DNA from: Halarcobacter sp. | GTDB lineage: Bacteria > Campylobacterota > Campylobacteria > Campylobacterales > Arcobacteraceae | Direction of reading: 5' to 3' | Assembly (NCBI GenBank): GCA_963676565.1 | Contig: OY781089.1 | Location: 2,304,001 to 2,368,000, forward strand | Length of the DNA: 64,000 nt | Part shown: in pieces, positions 58,891 through 64,000 of the stretch | Position numbering within the stretch: position 1 is the first letter of the stretch | How the letters are laid out: each line of letters begins with the position of its first letter | Program-made: the position numbers and the translations under genes | Notes under the pieces: generated by a model | The model's database searches: none | What the model was told of the DNA's origin: nothing | The model's input: the letters and a program-made list of their open reading frames with translations, nothing else

Positions 58891-58924
58891 TTAAGTAAGT
58901 CACCTAGTTAGGTGACTTACTTAA
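58891..58924. promoter_or_regulatory. Perfect 16-bp inverted repeat (terminator or operator)
   Basis: TTAAGTAAGTCACCTA-GT-TAGGTGACTTACTTAA overlapping the jetD-like stop, next to a minus-strand TATAAT at 58883-58888. Confidence 0.7.
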
Positions 58925-59788
58925 GTATTCTTGTTCAAGTGTGATTTTTCGATTTTTTATAAAATCTATAAGTTCCTTTAATTTTACATCATTTTTTGAG
59001 TCAATATTTAAATATCTTGTTTGGTTGGAATAGTCTTTTTTATAATTCTTTTCTACCATTATTTTATAAATATTTTCAGGAATCAAAAAAGAATGTGATC
59101 TGCAATGTCTAAGCCTAGGTAATATAGAGTTAAGATAAATATTTATACCCGCTAAATCAAAATCACCAAAATGAATATACTCTCCTTTAAAGGACTCCAG
59201 CCATTTGTATTGGAAGGAAGTCTTAAATTCACTAAGAGACAAAAATATATATTGTTTATCTTGATTAAAAAGGTGTCTATATCTATTTATAAACCAAACA
59301 ACTTGAGGATTTTCTACACCTACTAAAACAATATCATTATCCAATTCTAATTTAGTACTATAATGCATAAATAAGCCTGTACCTTCTATAGGATAGATAT
59401 ATTGTTTTACTCCATTTAAAGTAACTTCTATCTTCTCAAATACACTAATCATAAGTCCGTTAAAGCTTTTTGATTCTATTCTTTTAGTATCTGAGAATTT
59501 TTCAGCGACTTCATCACGACTTTTTGATTTTTCACTTTCTTCAATAAAATAGTCTATATCTTCTATACAATTAATGTTATAACCATTTGATTTTAGAACT
59601 GCAAATAAAGTATTTATATCTTTTAAATACATACATTGTGGCTTTCCATCTATATCTATTGCATTACACTCTTTAAGTGAATTTATAAGTTTTTGAGAAG
59701 ATATCTCTTTTTTTAATATATATTCATCTTTTAAAAGTTTTTTTAGTGCTTCAAAATTTCTTGTATTAATATTTATAGCCATTACCAT
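58904..59788 (-). CDS. jetD: Wadjet JetD/MksG-like Toprim nuclease
   Basis: VGVEN, HFGDFDLAGINIY, terminal LEQE; follows the SMC gene. Confidence 0.8.
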   Translation of the reverse strand: MVMAININTRNFEALKKLLKDEYILKKEISSQKLINSLKECNAIDIDGKPQCMYLKDINTLFAVLKSNGYNINCIEDIDYFIEESEKSKSRDEVAEKFSDTKRIESKSFNGLMISVFEKIEVTLNGVKQYIYPIEGTGLFMHYSTKLELDNDIVLVGVENPQVVWFINRYRHLFNQDKQYIFLSLSEFKTSFQYKWLESFKGEYIHFGDFDLAGINIYLNSILPRLRHCRSHSFLIPENIYKIMVEKNYKKDYSNQTRYLNIDSKNDVKLKELIDFIKNRKITLEQEYLSKSPN

Positions 59789-62700
59789 TCATCCATAGCA
59801 TTTTGTGCATCTATAAGACTTAGCTCAACATGATTTGAGCTTTCTCTTGTTCCCATATATATTCTAGGATATGCATCAATAATATCGTCATCATTTGCAG
59901 CAGTTCCATTGATAAATACAAAATCCAATAATTTTGCATAATTCATAAGTTCAGTAAAGTAATCTGCAGATATCTGACCAATTTCATCAATAATACAATG
60001 ATATTTTATGTTCTCGCTATTGGCAAATTTCTTTGTAACCATACGTAATAATGTTATATAAATAATTGCTTTTACCATTATTGATGTTCCGTTACTACCT
60101 ATATTATCTAATGTTGCAATACCTTTTGTAACCTGGTTGTTTTCACTTACATCAAAAGTTAATGTACTTATATCTGAAACAGTAATATTCTTTTTAAATG
60201 TTCTTTCTAATATTACTTGAAGATCTTGAGCTATTTTTACTAATTCATCTTTTACTGATTCTGATCTTTCGCTATTTTCATAGCCAATAAGCATATTTGC
60301 ACTTAACATATCACCTATGTTTTCAATTCTACTGACAATTTCATCATTACCTATATTTCTGAAATTTAACTTGATAAAATCAATCACTGTAATATTTGTA
60401 ATACCATCATTAATAGTTGAATTAATTTTATTTACATCTTTTACAATACTATCAAATGTGCCTTTGATATGGGATATTCTACTAACAGCATCATTTATAG
60501 TTTCAATTAGAATATGTAACTGTAAGCTTGTTCCTTCAATATCAAATTTTGTTTTGATAAAATCTGAGTATGATTTTGCAATTACAATATACTGTTCGAT
60601 ATTATCATCGAAACTATTTATATCAGATTTTGATTTGAGCTTCATCATATTATCACTAGGAATATCATCAACAATTCTTCTAGTATCAAGTTTAATTGTT
60701 TTTTCTTTTTCATCTTGTTGTATTTCAAGAGTTTTGTATCTCTCTAAAAGAGTAATATTTTGTTTAGAGTTCAAGAGAGATACAACCTCTTTTTCGATAT
60801 AAGAATCATAGTTTATATTAGTAGTTATTTCAAATTGAGATAATGCATTTTTAAAATCTTTAAATGATCTGGCATGAGATTTCCAAATATTTATAGAATC
60901 CTCTAATTGCTTTAACACACCACCAATAACTTTTAATTCTTTTTCATAATAATCTTTTTCTTCAGTTCTTTGTTTATCTGTTTGCACTAACTGATCTTTT
61001 AATAAAGGGATTTGATTATAATTAGGTAATACTTCATCATCATATCTTTTAACTAAACCTTTATTATCTTGTATCTCTTTTATAGTTTTTGTTAATTGTT
61101 TAATTGTCTTATTATAAGAATCAAGTTCATCAGTATCAATATTCTGACTTCTTTTAATTTCATTATATATTTCATGTATCTTTTTATCTGACTCGTTGAC
61201 AAGGTTTTCATATTTTTTATTTATCGATTTAATGCTATTTTTACACAAAGAAAATTGAGCATTTAAATCCTTTTCTTTCCCCTCATATTTTGCATTTATC
61301 TCTTGAATAAAAGTATCTTTTTTTCTTTTCTTAGTAGAGATATATTCTATTAAAGTAGTTAAGCTTTCTCTGTCTTTTAAAAGTTGTTTCTTTGTTTCAA
61401 TTATTCTTTTATCATTTTCATCTTTTAAACGTGCTATCTCTTCATCTAATCTTCTTTGCTCATTTGCTATTTTTATCTCATAATCTTTAATTTTAGGACT
61501 TAAGTCATAAATTTCTCTTGACTTTTCTTTTATTGATTTTTTAAATTTATTAGATGAAGATTTTAGATTATCTTCAAGTCTTTTATATCTTATCTTATGA
61601 TTTGACACTAACTCATTTAGTTGTTTTTGAAGTGCTGTTTTATTATTCTCAAGGGTTTCTATATCATATTTACTTGCCATTGTTTCAATATCACCGTCAA
61701 TCACTAAACCATAAAAATTATCATTGCTAGTTTCAAGCGAAAACTTAAAGTTTTTTTCTTCAAATAAAATTTCATCATTTGCTATAGCTAAAATCTTTCT
61801 TTTATTTGGAACTTCATTTTTATTTAGAAAACCAAAAAGGTTGTTTTTTCCAATGTCTAATTTTTTATTAACTAACTCTATTTTCTCTTTTAGCTTACTT
61901 TTCTTATTGTTATATTGGCTAACTTCATCTTGAATTTTTTTATTAAGCTCTTCAAAACTAGCATCCCTTTGTTTTTCAAGTTCTAACTTTTCACTCTCTA
62001 ATACTTCTATACTTGATTCAATCGAACCTTTTAAAGTTATTAATCTATTAATCTCTTTTTCAAATTTAATAGAAGCATTACTCTCTAACTTTTGAGATGG
62101 TAATAATCTTAAAGTAGTCTCATCTTCTGATATTTTTTTATCTAATTGGTTATACTTAGTTGTTTTTAGTTCTATTTCTTCGTCAAATGCATTTATACTA
62201 TTTTTAAGCTCAACCTCTTTGTCCTTTGATAATTGTAGTATTTCTTCTGCAAGTTGTTCTTTTTTTTCTTCTAGTTGTATTTTTTCTTCTTCTTTTTTAC
62301 TATTAAAAGAAATTCGTTCTTTTTGTTTTTCTGTTTCCTCTTTAATATCAAGTTCTTCAAGGCTACTAGAAATTGCAACTACTTTAATTTCTAGATTTTT
62401 TTTCTGCTCTTCATATTTATTTTGTTTACTATCTTCTTCTATTAATCTTTCAATTTTATATTCATCAATAAATTTATTGTATGTAGTTTCATTACTTTTG
62501 ATAGTTTTATTAAGTTCTGCAATTTGATCGTTGTAATTAGTAGACTTTTTATCCCATTCATTCGACAACTTTTCACTTTTTTCAGTCTCTATCTTCTCTT
62601 GAGCATATAAATCTAGCTGTTTTGTTTCTATTACTTCACTTATTATATCTTTATTATAAGACATTGTTTCAAGTTCAAAAACAGTTTTATCTATTTCACT

Positions 62701-63504
62701 ACATAATGCTCTATAAGAAACAATAGTTTCATCAAGTTCTAATATTTTTTCTCTTCTGTCTTTTATTAATTCAAAATGTTCTACATTTTTCAAGGCTTCA
62801 TCTAACTTATGTTTAAAACTTGATATATCTAAAGAATACTCTTTTTCTCCAATTAAAGAAATAAGCATATCTTTAATACCTCTATCTCTAACTGAAGAAT
62901 TTGAATATATATTAAATAAATATTTACCAAATAAACTTGCAGACTCTTCACTATCATATAGTGAAAAATCTAACTCAGATTTATCTTTACTTGGTAACAT
63001 TTTATAACTTTTTCTACACATCATTTTTCTAAAAGTAGGAACAGTTTCACTTTTGTAATATGTTAAACCATGTTTTAAACAATTTGACAAAATCTCTTTT
63101 AGATTTAAACTTCGATTGTTCTCATCGAGATATAAAATACTTATGTCTTCTTGAAAATTATGTATATTTATAAAAATATGTTTGATTGATTTTCCATCTT
63201 CTTTACTTAATAAAAGAAGATTCTTTCCTATCTTATTTTCATAAACATAAATCAAATGAGAGTAACTACCTTCAATATGCCAATCATAAAAAGTTTTCTC
63301 TTTTGGAATAGGTCTTGTTTTAAATTTATCCATTGTATAAAAGTAACATATAGCACTCATAACAGTTGTTTTACCTACACCAGAACTACCAAGTAGCAAA
63401 GTAAAATCATCAATGATTATTTTTTCATGAGGGAAGTGTCCACTATTTATAAATCTTAACTCTTTTAAGCCTAATTGATTATAACTCATATTCAACATCC
63501 TCAA
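59782..63504 (-). CDS. jetC: Wadjet JetC/MksB-like SMC ATPase
   Basis: Walker A GSSGVGKTT, long coiled coils, SNGTS signature, Walker B IIDEIG; start probably 63489. Confidence 0.85.
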   Translation of the reverse strand: MRMLNMSYNQLGLKELRFINSGHFPHEKIIIDDFTLLLGSSGVGKTTVMSAICYFYTMDKFKTRPIPKEKTFYDWHIEGSYSHLIYVYENKIGKNLLLLSKEDGKSIKHIFINIHNFQEDISILYLDENNRSLNLKEILSNCLKHGLTYYKSETVPTFRKMMCRKSYKMLPSKDKSELDFSLYDSEESASLFGKYLFNIYSNSSVRDRGIKDMLISLIGEKEYSLDISSFKHKLDEALKNVEHFELIKDRREKILELDETIVSYRALCSEIDKTVFELETMSYNKDIISEVIETKQLDLYAQEKIETEKSEKLSNEWDKKSTNYNDQIAELNKTIKSNETTYNKFIDEYKIERLIEEDSKQNKYEEQKKNLEIKVVAISSSLEELDIKEETEKQKERISFNSKKEEEKIQLEEKKEQLAEEILQLSKDKEVELKNSINAFDEEIELKTTKYNQLDKKISEDETTLRLLPSQKLESNASIKFEKEINRLITLKGSIESSIEVLESEKLELEKQRDASFEELNKKIQDEVSQYNNKKSKLKEKIELVNKKLDIGKNNLFGFLNKNEVPNKRKILAIANDEILFEEKNFKFSLETSNDNFYGLVIDGDIETMASKYDIETLENNKTALQKQLNELVSNHKIRYKRLEDNLKSSSNKFKKSIKEKSREIYDLSPKIKDYEIKIANEQRRLDEEIARLKDENDKRIIETKKQLLKDRESLTTLIEYISTKKRKKDTFIQEINAKYEGKEKDLNAQFSLCKNSIKSINKKYENLVNESDKKIHEIYNEIKRSQNIDTDELDSYNKTIKQLTKTIKEIQDNKGLVKRYDDEVLPNYNQIPLLKDQLVQTDKQRTEEKDYYEKELKVIGGVLKQLEDSINIWKSHARSFKDFKNALSQFEITTNINYDSYIEKEVVSLLNSKQNITLLERYKTLEIQQDEKEKTIKLDTRRIVDDIPSDNMMKLKSKSDINSFDDNIEQYIVIAKSYSDFIKTKFDIEGTSLQLHILIETINDAVSRISHIKGTFDSIVKDVNKINSTINDGITNITVIDFIKLNFRNIGNDEIVSRIENIGDMLSANMLIGYENSERSESVKDELVKIAQDLQVILERTFKKNITVSDISTLTFDVSENNQVTKGIATLDNIGSNGTSIMVKAIIYITLLRMVTKKFANSENIKYHCIIDEIGQISADYFTELMNYAKLLDFVFINGTAANDDDIIDAYPRIYMGTRESSNHVELSLIDAQNAMDEW

Positions 63505-64000
63505 TAATATCTTCTACGAATTTAAATGATCTTAGTATTAAAAATTCTTCTTCCCTATTACCAATACTTTCAGCAAAACCATCATTTTTTAATCTTGTGA
63601 TGATTGAATCTATAGCTTCACGATTAGTTGACCTTTTCTTTAAAAAACTCATTTTATCAATCATTGCTTTTAATTCTATATCTCCATTTAACCTAGTTTC
63701 CATGTCACTTGCACTATACGGACCTGCATCTGATGAACCAATATCGCTATTTAACAATTTTAAAAATCTATATATATCAATATAGTCAACATAACCATTA
63801 GAATAAGGTTTGGGAATATTTTCATAAATATCAATAATAAAATAAAAAAAGCCTGTATCTGATCTTAATGTATATCCTATGATGCTATAATAATCTTTTA
63901 CATCTTGCTTGTATTGGTATATAAAATTGTATGCTTCTTTAATTTTATAATCTGAACTATTTTCATTAATGAATTTACCATTTACTCTACACTCTTCAAT
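63479..64000 (-). CDS. jetB: Wadjet JetB/MksE-like protein (5' end outside the window)
   Basis: Frame is open to the window edge: ...GKFINENS...DYYSIIGYTL...GFFYF..., an MksE-like pattern; directly upstream of the SMC gene. Confidence 0.7.
   Translation of the reverse strand: MEECRVNGKFINENSSDYKIKEAYNFIYQYKQDVKDYYSIIGYTLRSDTGFFYFIIDIYENIPKPYSNGYVDYIDIYRFLKLLNSDIGSSDAGPYSASDMETRLNGDIELKAMIDKMSFLKKRSTNREAIDSIITRLKNDGFAESIGNREEEFLILRSFKFVEDIIEDVEYEL

Larger units (their letters stand above)
47356..64000. mobile_element. tRNA-Leu-integrated genomic (defence) island, continuing beyond the window
   Basis: Starts at the disrupted tRNA, has arm-like repeats and an abrupt switch to defence genes; integrase not in the window. 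Confidence 0.8.

Overview
Very AT-rich chromosomal segment. Gene content and order (tatB-tatC-queA, rsmH-ftsL, lpxK, UPF0323 lipoprotein plus Gsp synthase, tandem SNF transporters) point to Campylobacterota, most likely Arcobacteraceae (inference). Positions 1-47,300 are mostly core genome. They are interrupted by a ~1.8 kb cassette flanked by 178-bp direct repeats at the pgeF/aroE promoter, which carries a RAYT transposase stub, an intact putative immunity gene and a doubly inactivated lipase-type toxin. A genomic island runs from 47,324 to the window end. The host tRNA-Leu(CAA) is broken off just after its anticodon loop, and ~95 bp inside the island sits a complete, sequence-divergent replacement tRNA-Leu(CAA) next to tandem integrase-arm-like repeats. 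The island is a co-oriented defence array: Wadjet-like JetB/JetC/JetD, an elongated RmuC, a PHP-ATPase (Ppl/TrlF-like), an internally duplicated PD-(D/E)XK protein, a type III R-M system and a small membrane protein. Other notable signals are an apparent AUA start for a DEAD-box helicase, a hairpin enclosing the comEC start codon, a candidate structured sRNA next to a 40-aa ORF, a histone-H1-like protein and ovoA. All calls come from reading the sequence by eye; no searches were run.
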